Positions 13,501-26,675 of a stretch of 64,000 bases of DNA are shown here, one piece after another (within the stretch, counting starts at the first letter, position 1; each line of letters opens with the position of its first letter). The position numbers were made by a program, and so were the translations under genes. Origin of the DNA: Eledone cirrhosa (lineage: Eukaryota); contig OZ024743.1 in the NCBI GenBank assembly GCA_964016885.1, positions 141,670,001 through 141,734,000 of the forward strand, written 5' to 3'. The notes below the pieces were generated by a model, which saw nothing but the letters and a program-made list of their open reading frames with translations, had not been told where the DNA came from and made no database searches.

Positions 13501-16500
13501 TGCTTGTTGTTTGGTGTTTGGCGCTTGGTGCTTGGTGTTTGGTGTTTGGTGCTTGGTGCTTGGTGCTTGGTATCTGGTGTTTGGTGCTTGATGTTTGGTG
13601 TTTGGTGCTTGGTGTTTGGTGTTTGGTGCTTGGTGCTTGGTGTTTGGTGCTTGGTGTTTGGTGCTTGGTGTTTGATGCTTGGTGTTTGCTGCTTGGTGCT
13701 TAGTGCTTGGTGTTTTGTGTTTGGTGCTTGGTGCATGGAGTCTGGTGCTTGGTGCTTGGTGCTTGTTGTTTGGTGCTTGGTGCTTGGTGATTAGTGTTTG
13801 GTGCTTGGTGCTTGCGGTTTGGTGTTCGGTGCTTGGGGTTTGATGTTAGGTGCTTGGTGCTTGGTGTTTGGTGCTTGGTGCTTGGTGCTTGGTGTTTGGT
13901 GCTTGGTGCTTGGTGTTTGGTGCTTGGTGCTTGGTGTTTGGTGTTTGGCGTTTGCTGTTTGCTGTTTGGTGTTTGGTGTTTGCTGTTTGGTGCTTGGTGC
14001 TTGGTGTTTGGTGTTTGGTGTTTGGTGCTTGGTGCTTGGTGTTTGGTGCTTGGTGCTTGGTGCTGGGTGTTTGGTGCTTGGTGCTTGGTGTTTGGTTGTT
14101 GGTGCTTGGTGCTTGGTGTTTGGTCCTTGGTGCTTGGTGCTTGGTCTTTGGTGCTTGTGTTTTGGTGTTTGGTGCTTGGTGCTTGGTGTTTGGGGCTTGG
14201 TTCTTGGTGCTTGGTGCTTGGTGTTTGGTGATTGCTGCTTGGTGCTTGGTGTTTGGTGCTTGGTGCTTGGTGATTAGTGTTTGGTGATTGGTGCTTGGGG
14301 TTTGCTGTTTGGTGCTTGGTGTTTGGTGCTTGGTGCTTGCTGTTTGGTGTTTGGTGTTTGGTTCTTGGTGCTTGGTGTTTGGTGTTTGGTGTTTGGTGCT
14401 TGGTCCTTGGTGCTTGGTGTTTGGTGCTTGGTGCTTGGTGCTTGGTGTTTGGTGCTGCGTGCTTGGTGTTTGGTGTTTGGTGCTTGGTGCCTGGTGCTTG
14501 TTGTTTGGTGTTTGGTGCTTAGTGCATGGTGTTTGGTGTTTGGTGCTTGGTGCTTGGTGGCTGGTGCTTGGTGTTTGGTGTTTGGAGTTTGGTGCTTGGT
14601 GCTTGGTGCCTGGTGTTTCGTGCTTGGTGCTTGGTGTTTGGTGTTTGGTGCTTGGTGCTTGGTGTTTGGTGTTTGGAGCTTGGTGCCTGTTGCTTGTTGT
14701 TTGGTGTTTGGTGCTTGGTGCTTGGTGTTTGGTGTTTGGTGCTTGGTGCTTGATGCTTGGTATCTGGTGTTTGGTGCTTGATGTTTGGTGTTTGGTGCTT
14801 GGTGCTTGGTGCTTGGTGTTTGGTGTTTGGTGCTTGGTGCTTGGTGTTTGGTGCTTGGTGTTTGGTGTTTGGTGTTTGATGCTTGGTGTTTGCTGCTTGG
14901 TGCTTGGTGCTTGGTGTTTTGTGTTTGGTGCTTGGTGCTTGGTGCCTGGTGCTTGGTGCTTGGTGCTTGTTGTTTGGTGCTTGGTGCTTGGTGCTTGGTG
15001 TTTGGTGCTTGGTGCTTGGTGCTTGGTGTTTGGTGCTTGGTGCTTGGTGTTTGGTGCTTGGTGCTTGGTGTTTGGTGCTTGGTGTTTGGTGCTTGGTGCT
15101 TGGTGCTTGGTGCTTGGTGTTAGGTGTTTGGTGCTTGGTGCTTGGTGTTTGATGTTTGGTCCTTGGTGCTTGGGGTTTGGTGTTTGGTGCTTGGTGCTTG
15201 GTGTTTGGTGTTTGGTGCTTGCTGCTTGCTGCTTGGTGTTTGGTGCTTGGTGATTGGTGCTTGGTGTTTTGTGCTTGGTGCTTGGTGTTTGGTGTTTGGT
15301 GCTAGGGGCTTGGTGCTTGGTGCTTGGTGTTTGGTGCTTGGTGCTTGCTGTTTGGTGCTTGGTGCTTGGGGCTTGGTGTTTGGTGCTTGGTGCTTGGTGT
15401 TTGGCTTTGGTGCTTGGTGCTTGGTGTTTGGTGCTTGGTGCTTGGTGTTTGGTGCTTGGTGCTTGGTGCTTGTTGTTTGGTGCTTGGTGCGTGGGACTTA
15501 GTGTTTGGTGTTTGGTGCTTGGTGTTTGGTGCTTGGTGTTTGGTGCTTGGTGTTTGGGGCTTGGTGTTCGGTGCTTGGTGCTTGGTGCTTGGGGCTTGGT
15601 GTTTGGTGCTTGGTGCTTGGTGCTTGGTGTTTGATGTTGGGTCCTTGGTGCTTGGTGTTTGGTGTTTGGTGCTGGTGTTTGGTGTTTGGTGCTTGGTGCT
15701 TGGTGTTTGGTGTTTGGTGCTTGGTGCTTGGGGCTTGGTGTTTGGTGCTTGGTGCTTGGTGTTTGGCTTTGGTGCTTGGTGCTTGGTGTTTGGTGCTTGG
15801 TGCTTGGTGTTTGGTGCTTGGTGCTTGGTGCTTGTTGTTTGGTGCTTGGTGCTTGGTGCTTGGTCTTTGGTGCATGGTGTTTGGTGTTTGGTGCTTGGTG
15901 CCTGGTGCTTGTTGTATGGTGTTTGGTGCTTGGTGCTTGGTGTTTGGTGTTTGCTGCTTGGTGTCTGGTGTTTGGTGCTTGGTGTTTGGTGTTTGGTGCT
16001 TGGTGCTTGGTGCTTGGTGTTTGGTGTTTGGTGCTTGGTGCTTGGTGTTTGGTGTTTGGTGCTGGGTGCATGGAGTTTGGTGCTTGGTGCTTAGTGCTTG
16101 GTGTTTGGTGTTTGGTGCTTGGTATTTGGTGTTTGGTGTTTGATGCTTGGTGCGTGGTGCTTGGTGCTTCGTGTTTTGTGTTTGGTGCTTGGTGCTTGGT
16201 GCCTGGTGCTTGGTGCTTGGTGATTAGTGTTTGGTGCTTGGTGCTTGGTGTTTGGTGCTTGGTGTTTGGTGCTTGGTGCCTGGTGCTTGGTGTTTGGTGT
16301 TTGATGCTTGGTGTTTGGTGTTTGGTGTTTGGTACTTGGTGTTCGGTGCTTGGTGCTTGGTGCTTGGTGCTTGGTGTTTGGTGTTTGGTGCTTGGTGCTT
16401 GGTGTTTGATGTTTGGTCCTTGGTGCTTGGTGTTTGGTGTTGTGTGCTTGGTGCTTGGTGCTTGGTGTTTGGTGCTTGGTGCTTGGTGCTTGGTGTTTGG

Positions 16501-17789
16501 CGTTTGCTGTTTGCTGTTTGGTGTTTGGTGTTTGCTGTTTGGTGTTTGCTGTTTGGTGCTTGGTGCTTGGTGTTTGGTGTTTGGTGCTTGGTGTTTGGTG
16601 CTTGGTGCTTGGTGCTGGGTGTTTGGTGCTTGGTGCTTGGTGTTTGGTTCTTGGTGATTGGTGCTTGGTGTTTGGTCCTTGGTGCTTGGTGCTTGGTCTT
16701 TGGTGCTTGGGTTTTGGTGTTTGGTGCTTGGTGCTTGGTGTTTGGTGCTTGGTGTTTGGTGCTTGGTGCTTGGTTATTAGTGTTTGGTGATTGGTGCTTG
16801 GGGTTTGGTGTTTGGGGCTTGGTGTTTGGTGCTTAGTACTTGCTGTTTGGTGTTTGGTGTTTGGTTCTTGGTGCTTGGTGTTTGGTGTTTGGTGTTTGGT
16901 GCTTGGTGCTTGGTGCTTGGTGTTTGGTGCTTGGTGCTTGGTGCTTGGTGTTTGGTGCTGCGTGTTTGGTGTTTGGTGTTTGGTGCTTGGTGCCTGGTGC
17001 TTGTTGTTTGGTGTTTGGTGCTTAGTGCGCGGTGTTTGGTGTTTGGTGCTTGGTGCTTGGTGGCTGGTGTTTGGTGCTTGGTGTTTGGAGTTTGGTGCTT
17101 GGTGCTTGGTGCCTGGTGTTTCGTGCTTGGTGCTTGGTGCTTGGTGTTTGATGTTTGGTGCTTGGTGTTTGGTGTTTGGTACTTGGTGCTTGGTGCTTGG
17201 TGCTTGGTGTTTGGTGCTTGGTGTTTGATGCTGCGTGCTTGGTGTTTGGTGTTTGGTGCTTGGTGCTTGGTGTTTGTTGTTTGGAGCTTGGTGCCTGGTG
17301 CTTGTTGTTTGGTGTTTGGCGCTTGGTGCTTGGTGTTTGGTGTTTGGCGCTTGGTGCTTGGTGTTTGGTGTTTGGTGCTTGGTGCTTGGTGCTTGGTATC
17401 TGGTGTTTGGTGCTTGATGTTTGGTGTTTGGTGCTTGGTGTTTGGTGTTTGGTGCTTGGTGTTTGGTGCTTGGTGTTTGGTGTTTGGTGTTTGATGCTTG
17501 GTGTTTGCTGCTTGGTGCTTGGTGCTTGGTGTTTTGTGTTTGGTGCTTGGTGCTTGGTGCCTGGTGCTTGGTGCTTGGTGCTTGTTGTTTGGTTCTTGGT
17601 GCTTGGTGATTAGTGTTTGGTGCTTGGTGCTTGCTGATTGGTGTTTGGTGTTCGGTTCTTGGTGCTTGGTGTATGGTGTTTAGTGTCTGGTGCTTGGTGC
17701 TTGGTGTTTGGTGTTTGGTGTTTGGTACTTGGTGTTCGGTGCTTGGTGCTTGGTGCTTGGTGCTTGGTGTTTGGTGTTTGGTGCTTGGT

Positions 17790-20700
17790 GCTTGGTGTTT
17801 GATGTTTGGTCCTTGGTGCTTGGTGTTTGGTGTTGTGTGCTTGGTGCATGGTGCTTGATGTTTGGTGCTTGGTGCTTGGTGCTTGGTGTTTGGCGTTTGC
17901 TGTTTGCTGTTTGGTGTTTGGTGTTTGCTGTTTGGTGTTTGCTGTTTGGTGTTTGGTGTTTGGTGCTTGCTGTTTGGTGCTTGGTGCTTGGTGTTTGGTG
18001 TTAGGTGCTTGGTGTTTGGTGCTTGGAGCTTGGTGCTGAGTGTTTGATGCTTGGTGCTTGGTGTTTGGTGCTTGGTGATTGGTGCTTGGTGTTTGGTCCT
18101 TGGTGCTTGGTGCTTGGTCTTTGGTGCTTGGGTTTTGGTGTTTGGTGCTTGGTGCTTGGTGTTTGGTGCTTGGTGCTTGGTGTTTGGTGCTTGGTGCTTG
18201 GTGTTTGGTGCTTGGTGCTTTGTGTTTGGTGCTTGGTGTTTGGTGCTTGCTGCTTGGTGCTTGGTGTTTGGTGCTTGGTGCTTGGTGATTAGTGTTTGGT
18301 GATTGTGCTTGGGGTTTGGTGTTTGGGGCTTGGTGTTTGGTGCTTAGTGCTTGCTGTTTGGTGTTTGGTGTTTGGTTCTTGGTGCTTGGTGTTTGGTGTT
18401 TGGTGTTTGGTGCTTGGTGCTTGGTGCTTGGTGTTTGGTGCTTTGTGCTTGGTGTTTGGTGCTTGGTGCCTGGTGCTTGTTGTTTGGTGTTTGGTGCTTA
18501 GTGCTTGGTGTTTGGTGTTTGGTGCTTGGTGCTTGGTGGCTGGTGTTTGGTGCTTGGTGTTTGGAGTTTGGTGCTTGGTGCTTGGTGCCTGGTGTTTCGT
18601 GCTTGGTGCTTGGTGCTTGGTGCTTGGTGTTTGGTGTTTGGTGTTTGGTGTTTGGTGTTTGCTGTTTGGTGTCTGCTTTTTGGTGTTTGGTGTTTGCTGT
18701 ATGGTGTTTGCTGTTTCGTATTTGGTTTTTGCTGTTTGGTGTTTGGTGTTTGCTGTTTGGTGTTTGGTGTTTGGTGCTTGGTGCTTGGTGCTTGGCTTTG
18801 GTGCTTGGTGCTTGGTGTTTGGTGCTTGGTGCTTGGTGTTTGGTGTTTGGTGCTTGGTGCCTGGTGCTTGTTGTATGGGGTTTGGTGCTTGGTGCTTGGT
18901 GTTTGGTGTTTGCTGCTTGGTGTCTGGTGTTTGGTGCTTGGTGTTTGGTGTTTGGTGCTTGGTGCTTGGTGCTTGGTGTTTGGTGTTTGGTGCTTGGTGC
19001 TTGGTGTTTGGTGTTTGGTGCTGGGTGCATGGAGTTTGGTGCTTGGTGCTTAGTGCTTGGTGTTTGGTGCTGCGTGCTCGGTGTTTGGTGTTTGGTGTTT
19101 GGTGCCTGGTGCTTGTTGTTTGGTGTTTGGTGCTTAGTGCTTGGTGTTTGGTGTTTGGTGCTTGGTGCTTGGTGGCTGGTGCTTGGTGCTTGGTGTTTGG
19201 AGTTTGGTGCTTGGTGCTTGGTGCCTGGTGTTTCGTGCTTGGTGCTTGGTGCTTGGTGTTTGGTGTTTGGTGCTTGGTGTTTGGTGTTTGGTGCTTGGTG
19301 CTTGGTGTTTGGTGTTTGGTGCTTGGTGTTTGGTGCTTGGTGCTTGGTGCTGGGTGTTTGGTGCTTGGTGCTTGGTGTTTGGTGCTTGGTGCTTGGTGCT
19401 TGGATTTTGGTCCTTGGTGCTTGGTGCTTGGTCTTTGGTGCTTGGGTTTTGGTGTTTGGTGCTTGGTGCTTGGTGTTTGGTGCTTGGTGCTTGGTGCTTG
19501 GTGTTTGGTGCTTGGTGCTTGGTGTTTGGTGTTTGGTGCTGGGTGCATGGAGTTTGGTGCTTGGTGCTTGTGCTTGGTGTTTGGTGTTTGGTGCTTGGTA
19601 TTTGGTGTTTGGTGTTTGATGCTTGGTGTGTGGTGCTTGGTGCTTGGTGTTTTGTGTTTGGTGCTTGGTGCTTGGTGCCTGGTGCTTGGTGCTTGGTGCT
19701 TGTTGTTTGGTGCTTGGTGCTTGGTGATTAGTGTTTGGTGCTTGGTGCTTGGTGTTTGGTGCTTGGTGTTTGGTGCTTGGTGCCTGGTGCTTGGTGTTTG
19801 GTGTTTGATGCTTGGTGTTTGGTGTTTGGTGTTTGGTACTTGGTGTTCGGTGCTTGGTGCTTGGTGCTTGGTGCTTGGTGTTTGGTGTTTGGTGCTTGGT
19901 GCTTGGTGTTTGATGTTTGGTCCTTGGTGCTTGGTGTTTGGTGTTGTGTGCTTGGTGCATGGTGCTTGATGTTTGGTGCTTGGTGCTTGGTGCTTGGTGT
20001 TTGGCGTTTGCTGTTTGCTGTTTGGTGTTTGGTGTTTGCTGTTTGGTGTTTGCTGTTTGGTGTTTGGTGTTTGGTGCTTGCTGTTTGGTGCTTGGTGCTT
20101 GGTGTTTGGTGTTAGGTGCTTGGTGTTTGGTGCTTGGTGCTTGGTGCTGAGTGTTTGGTGCTTGGTGCTTGGTGTTTGGTGCTTGGTGATTGGTGCTTGG
20201 TGTTTGGTCCTTGGTGCTTGGTGCTTGGTCTTTGGTGCTTGGGTTTTGGTGTTTGGTGCTTGGTGCTTGGTATTTGGTGCTTGGTGCTTGGTGCTTGGTG
20301 CTTGGTGTTTGGTGCTTGCTGCTTGGTGCTTGGTGTTTGGTGCTTGGTGCTTGGTGATTAGTGTTTGGTGATTGTGCTTGGGGTTTGGTGTTTGGGGATT
20401 GGTGTTTGGTGCTTAGTGCTTGCTGTTTGGTGTTTGGTGTTTGGTTCTTGGTGCTTGGTGTTTGGTGTTTGGTGTTTGGTGCTTGGTGCTTGGTGCTTGG
20501 TGTTTGGTGCTTGGTGCTTGGTGTTTGGTGCTTGGTGCCTGGTGCTTGTTGTTTGGTGTTTGGTGCTTAGTGCTTGGTGTTTGGTGTTTGGTGCTTGGTG
20601 CTTGGTGGCTGGTGTTTGGTGCTTGGTGTTTGGAGTTTGGTGCTTGGTGCTTGGTGCCTGGTGTTTCGTGCTTGGTGCTTGGTGCTTGGTGTTTGGTGTT

Positions 20701-23700
20701 TGGTGTTTGGTGTTTGCTGTTTGCTGTTTGGTGTCTGCTTTTTGGTGTTTGGTGTTTGGTGTATGGTGTTTGCTGTTTCGTATTTGGTTTTTGCTGTTTG
20801 GTGTTTGGTGTTTGATGCTTGGTGCGTGGTGCTTGTTGCTTGGTGTTTTGTGTTTGGTGCTTGGTGCTTGGTGCCTGGTGCTTGGTGCTTGGTGCCTGGT
20901 GCTTGGTGCTTGGTGATTAGTGTTTGGTGCTTGGTGCTTGGTGTTTGGTGCTTGGTGTTTGGTGCTTGGTGCCTGGTGCTTGGTGTTTGGTGTTTGATGC
21001 TTGGTGTTTGGTGTTTGGTGTTTGGTACTTGGTGTTCGGTGCTTGGTGCTTGGTGCTTGGTGCTTGGTGTTTGGTGTTTGGTGCTTAGTGCTTGGTGTTT
21101 GGTGTTTGGTGCTTGGTGCTTGGTGGCTGGTGTTTGGTGCTTGGTGTTTGGAGTTTGGTGCTTGGTGCTTGGTGCCTGGTGTTTCATGCTTGGTGCTTGG
21201 TGCTTGGTGCTTGGTGTTTGGTGCTTGGTGTTTGGTGCTTGGTGCCTGGTGCTTGGTGTTTGGTGTTTGATGCTTGGTGTTTGGTGTTTGGTGTTTGGTA
21301 CTTGGTGTTCGGTGCTTGGTGCTTGGTGTTTGGTGTTTGCTGTTTGGTGTTTGGTGTTTGGTGCTTGGTGCCTGGTGCTTGTTGTATGGTGTTTGGTGCT
21401 TGGTGCTTGGTGTTTGGTGTTTGGTGCTGGGTGCATGGAGTTTGGTGCTTGGTGCTTAGTGCTTGGTGTTTGGTGTTTGGTGCTTGGTATTTGGTGTTTG
21501 GTGTTTGATGCTTGGTGCGTGGTGCTTGGTGCTTGGTGTTTTGTGTTTGGTGCTTGGTGCTTGGTGCCTGGTGCTTGGTGCTTGGTGATTAGTGTTTGGT
21601 GCTTGGTGCTTGGTGTTTGGTGCTTGGTGCCTGGTGCTTGGTGTTTGGTGTTTGATGCTTGGTGTTTAGTGTTTGGTGTTTGGTACTTGGTGTTCGGTGC
21701 TTGGTGCTTGGTGCTTGGTGCTTGGTGTTTGATGTTTGGTCGTTGGTGCTTGGTGTTTGGTGTTGTGTGCTTGGTGCTTGGTGCTTGGTGTTTGGTGCTT
21801 GGTGCTTGGTGTTTGGTGTTTGATGTTTGGTCCTTGGTGCTTGGTGTTTGGTGTTGTGTGCTTGGTGCATGGTGCTTGATGTTTGGTGCTTGGTGCTTGG
21901 TGCTTGGTGTTTGGCGTTTGCTGTTTGCTGTTTGGTGTTTGGTGTTTGCTGTTTGGTGTTTGCTGTTTGGTGTTTGGTGTTTGGTGCTTGCTGTTTGGTG
22001 CTTGGTGCTTGGTGTTTGGTGTTAGGTGCTTGGTGTTTGGCGCTTGGTGCTTGGTGCTGAGTGTTTGGTGCTTGGTGCTTGGTGTTTGGTGCTTGGTGAT
22101 TGGTGCTTGGTGTTTGGTCCTTGGTGCTTGGTGCTTGGTCTTTGGTGCTTGGGTTTTGGTGTTTGGTGCTTGGTGCTTGGTGTTTGGTGCTTGGTGCTTG
22201 GTGTTTGGTGCTTGGTGCTTGGTGTTTGGTGCTTGGTGCTTTGTGTTTGGTGCTTGGTGTTTGGTGCTTGCTGCTTGGTGCTTGGTGTTTGGTGCTTGGT
22301 GCTTGGTGATTAGTGTTTGGTGATTGTGCTTGGGGTTTGGTGTTTGGGGCTTGGTGTTTGGTGCTTAGTGCTTGCTGTTTGGTGTTTGGTGTTTGGTTCT
22401 TGGTGCTTGGTGTTTGGTGTTTGGTGTTTGGTGCTTGGTGCTTGGTGCTTGGTGTTTGGTGCTTGGTGCTTGGTGTTTGGTGCTTGGTGCCTGGTGCTTG
22501 TTGTTTGGTGTTTGGTGCTTAGTGCTTGGTGTTTGGTGTTTGGTGCTTGGTGCTTGGTGGCTGGTGTTTGGTGCTTGGTGTTTGGAGTTTGGTGCTTGGT
22601 GCTTGGTGCCTGGTGTTTCGTGCTTGGTGCTTGGTGCTTGGTGCTTGGTGTTTGGTGTTTGGTGTTTGGTGTTTGGTGTTTGCTGTTTGGTGTCTGCTTT
22701 TTGGTGTTTGGTGTTTGCTGTATGGTGTTTGCTGTTTCGTATTTGGTTTTTGCTGTTTGGTGTTTGGTGTTTGCTGTTTGGTGTTTGGTGTTTGGTGCTT
22801 GGTGCTTGGTGCTTGGCTTTGGTGCTTGGTGCTTGGTGTTTGGTGCTTGGTGCTTGGTGTTTGGTGTTTGGTGCTTGGTGCCTGGTGCTTGTTGTATGGG
22901 GTTTGGTGCTTGGTGCTTGGTGTTTGGTGTTTGCTGCTTGGTGTCTGGTGATTGGTGCTTGGTGTTTGGTGTTTGGTGCTTGGTGCTTGGTGCTTGGTGT
23001 TTGGTGTTTGGTGCTTGGTGCTTGGTGTTTGGTGTTTGGTGCTGGGTGCATGGAGTTTGGTGCTTGGTGCTTAGTGCTTGGTGTTTGGTGCTGCGTGCTT
23101 GGTGTTTGGTGTTTGGTGTTTGGTGCCTGGTGCTTGTTGTTTGGTGTTTGGTGCTTAGTGCTTGGTGTTTGGTGTTTGGTGCTTGGTGCTTGGTGGCTGG
23201 TGCTTGGTGCTTGGTGTTTGGAGTTTGGTGCTTGGTGCTTGGTGCCTGGTGTTTCGTGCTTGGTGCTTGGTGCTTGGTGTTTGGTGTTTGGTGCTTGGTG
23301 TTTGGTGTTTGGTGCTTGGTGCTTGGTGTTTGGTGTTTGGTGCTTGGTGTTTCGTGCTTGGTGCTTGGTGCTGGGTGTTTGGTGCTTGGTGCTTGGTGTT
23401 TGGTGCTTGGTGCTTGGTGCTTGGTTTTTGGTCCTTGGTGCTTGGTGCTTGGTCTTTGGTGCTTGGGTTTTGGTGTTTGGTGCTTGGTGCTTGGTGTTTG
23501 GTGCTTGGTGCTTGGTGCTTGGTGCTTGGTGTTTGGTGCTTGGTGCTTGGTTTTTGGTGTTTGGTGCTGGGTGCATGGAGTTTGGTGCTTGGTGCTTGTG
23601 CTTGGTGTTTGGTGTTTGGTGCTTGGTATTTGGTGTTTGGTGTTTGATGCTTGGTGTGTGGTGCTTGGTGCTTGGTGTTTTGTGTTTGGTGCTTGGTGCT

Positions 23701-24850
23701 TGGTGCCTGGTGCTTGGTGCTTGGTGCTTGTTGTTTGGTGCTTGGTGCTTGGTGATTAGTGTTTGGTGCTTGGTGCTTGGTGTTTGGTGCTTGGTGTTTG
23801 GTGCTTGGTGCCTGGTGCTTGGTGTTTGGTGTTTGATGCTTGGTGTTTGGTGTTTGGTGTTTGGTACTTGGTGTTCGGTGCTTGGTGCTTGGTGCTTGGT
23901 GCTTGGTGTTTGGTGTTTGGTGCTTGGTGCTTGGTGTTTGATGTTTGGTCCTTGGTGCTTGGTGTTTGGTGTTGTGTGCTTCGTGCATGGTGCTTGATGT
24001 TTGGTGCTTGGTGCTTGGTGCTTGGTGTTTGGCGTTTGCTGTTTGCTGTTTGGTGTTTGGTGTTTGCTGTTTGGTGTTTGCTGTTTGGTGTTTGGTGTTT
24101 GGTGCTTGCTGTTTGGTGCTTGGTGCTTGGTGTTTGGTGTTAGGTGCTTGGTGTTTGGTGCTTGGTGCTTGGTGCTGAGTGTTTGGTGCTTGGTGCTTGG
24201 TGTTTGGTGCTTGGTGATTGGTGCTTGGTGTTTGGTCCTTGGTGCTTGGTGCTTGGTCTTTGGTGCTTGGGTTTTGGTGTTTGGTGCTTGGTGCTTGGTG
24301 TTTGGTGCTTGGTGCTTGGTGCTTGGTGCTTGGTGTTTGGTGCTTGCTGCTTGGTGCTTGGTGTTTGGTGCTTGGTGCTTGGTGATTAGTGTTTGGTGAT
24401 TGTGCTTGGGGTTTGGTGTTTGGGGCTTGGTGTTTGGTGCTTAGTGCTTGCTGTTTGGTGTTTGGTGTTTGGTTCTTGGTGCTTGGTGTTTGGTGTTTGG
24501 TGTTTGGTGCTTGGTGCTTGGTGCTTGGTGTTTGGTGCTTGGTGCTTGGTGTTTGGTGCTTGGTGCCTGGTGCTTGTTGTTTGGTGTTTGGTGCTTAGTG
24601 CTTGGTGTTTGGTGTTTGGTGCTTGGTGCTTGGTGGCTGGTGTTTGGTGCTTGGTGTTTGGAGTTTGGTGCTTGGTGCTTGGTGCCTGGTGTTTTGTGCT
24701 TGGTGCTTGGTGCTTGGTGCTTGGTGTTTGGTGTTTGGTGTTTGGTGTTTGGTGTTTGCTGTTTGGTGTCTGCTTTTTGGTGTTTGGTGTTTGCTGTATG
24801 GTGTTTGCTGTTTCGTATTTGGTTTTTGCTGTTTGGTGTTTGGTGTTTGC
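17790..24850 (+). repeat. ~2 kb unit in four copies, arranged as a 4021/4028-bp dimer repeated twice (ABAB)
   Basis: Marker GGTGATTGTGCTTGGGG (ORF start MFGDCAWG) at 18292, 20361, 22313 and 24389 (spacings 2069, 1952, 2076). Alternate copies are nearly identical: 18296/22317 and 19141/23162 (4021), 19735/23763 and 20361/24389 (4028). Confidence 0.9.
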
Positions 24851-25014
24851 TGTTTGGTGTTTGGTGTTTGGTGCTTGGTGCCTGGTGCTTGTTGTATGGT
24901 GTTTGGTGCTTGGTGCTTGGTGTTTGGTGTTTGCTGCTTGGTGTCTGGTGTTTGGTGCTTGGTGTTTGGTGTTTGGTGCTTGGTGCTTGGTGCTTGGTGT
25001 TTGGTGTTTGGTGC

Positions 25015-26675
25015 TTGGTGCTTGGTGTTTGGTGTTTGGTGCTGGGTGCATGGAGTTTGGTGCTTGGTGCTTAGTGCTTGGTGTTTGGTGTTTGGTGCTT
25101 GGTATTTGGTGTTTGGTGTTTGATGCTTGGTGCGTGGTGCTTGGTGCTTGGTGTTTTGTGTTTGGTGCTTGGTGCTTGGTGCCTGGTGCTTGGTGCTTGG
25201 GGATTAGTGTTTGGTGCTTGGTGCTTGGTGTTTGGTGCTTGGTGTTTGGTGCTTGGTGCCTGGTGCTTGGTGTTTGGTGTTTGATGCTTGGTGTTTGGTG
25301 TTTGGTGTTTGGTACTTGGTGTTCGGTGCTTGGTGCTTGGTGCTTGGTGCTTGGTGTTTGGTGTTTGGTGCTTGGTGCTTGGTGTTTGATGTTTGGTCCT
25401 TGGTGCTTGGTGTTTGGTGTTGTGTGCTTGGTGCTTGGTGCTTGGTGTTTGGTGCTTGGTGCTTGGTGCTTGGTGTTTGGCATTTGCTGTTTCCTGTTTG
25501 GTGTTTGGTGTTTGCTGTTTGGTGTTTGCTGTTTGGTGCTTGGTGCTTGGTGTTTGGTGTTTGGTGCTTGGTGTTTGGTGCTTGGTGCTTGCTGCTGGGT
25601 GTTTGGTGCTTGGTGCTTGGTGTTTGGTGCTTGGTGTTTGGTGCTTGGTGTTTGGTCCTTGGTGCTTGGTGCTTGGTCTTTGGTGCTTGGGTTTTGGTGT
25701 TTGGTGCTTGGTGCTTGGTGTTTGGTGCTTGGTGTTTGGTGCTTGGTGCTTGATTATTAGTGTTTGGTGATTGGTGCTTGGGGTTTGGTGTTTGGGGCTT
25801 GGTGTTTGGTGCTTAGTGCTTGCTGTTTGGTGTTTGGTGTTTGGTGCTTGGTGCTTGGTGTTTGGTGTTTGGTGCTGGGTGCATGGAGTTTGGTGCTTGG
25901 TGCTTAGTGCTTGGTGTTTGGTGTTTGGTGCTTGGTATTTGGTGTTTGGTGTTTGATGCTTGGTGCGTGGTGCTTGGTGCTTGGTGTTTTGTGTTTGGTG
26001 CTTGGTGCTTGGTGCCTGGTGCTTGGTGCTTGGTGATTAGTGTTTGGTGCTTGGTGCTTGGTGTTTGGTGCTTGGTGTTTGGTGCTTGGTGCCTGGTGCT
26101 TGGTGTTTGGTGTTTGATGCTTGGTGTTTGGTGTTTGGTGTTTGGTACTTGGTGTTCGGTGCTTGGTGCTTGGTGCTTGGTGCTTGGTGTTTGGTGTTTG
26201 GTGCTTGGTGCTTGGTGTTTGATGTTTGGTCCTTGGTGCTTGGTGTTTGGTGTTGTGTGCTTGGTGCTTGGTGCTTGGTGTTTGGTGCTTGGTGCTTGGT
26301 GCTTGGTGTTTGGCGTTTGCTGTTTGCTGTTTGGTGTTTGGTGTTTGCTGTTTGGTGTTTGCTGTTTGGTGCTTGGTGCTTGGTGTTTGGTGTTTGGTGC
26401 TTGGTGTTTGGTGCTTGGTGCTTGGTGCTGGGTGTTTGGTGCTTGGTGCTTGGTGTTTGGTGCTTGGTGATTGGTGGTTGGTGTTTGGTCCTTGGTGCTT
26501 GGTGCTTGGTCTTTGGTGCTTGGGTTTTGGTGTTTGGTGCTTGGTGCTTGGTGTTTGGTGCTTGGTGTTTGGTGCTTGGTGCTTGGTTATTAGTGTTTGG
26601 TGATTGGTGCTTGGGGTTTGGTGTTTGGGGCTTGGTGTTTGGTGCTTAGTGCTTGCTGTTTGGTGTTTGGTGTTT
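25015..26675 (+). repeat. 833-bp (119-monomer) tandem duplication
   Basis: GGGTGCATGGAG at ~25044 and ~25877; ORF pairs 25211/26044 and 25393/26226. Confidence 0.85.

Larger units (their letters stand above)
1892..17480 (+). repeat. ~7.9 kb higher-order tandem duplication (copy 1 ~1892-9855, copy 2 ~9856-17480)
   Basis: Identical or near-identical ORF pairs: 2091/10055 (offset 7964), 3204/11119 and 3803/11718 (7915), 5046/12975, 6348/14277 and 7195/15124 (7929), 8806/16413 and 9548/17155 (7607). The junction is marked by the rare monomer TTGGTTG at 1906 and 9870. Confidence 0.93.
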
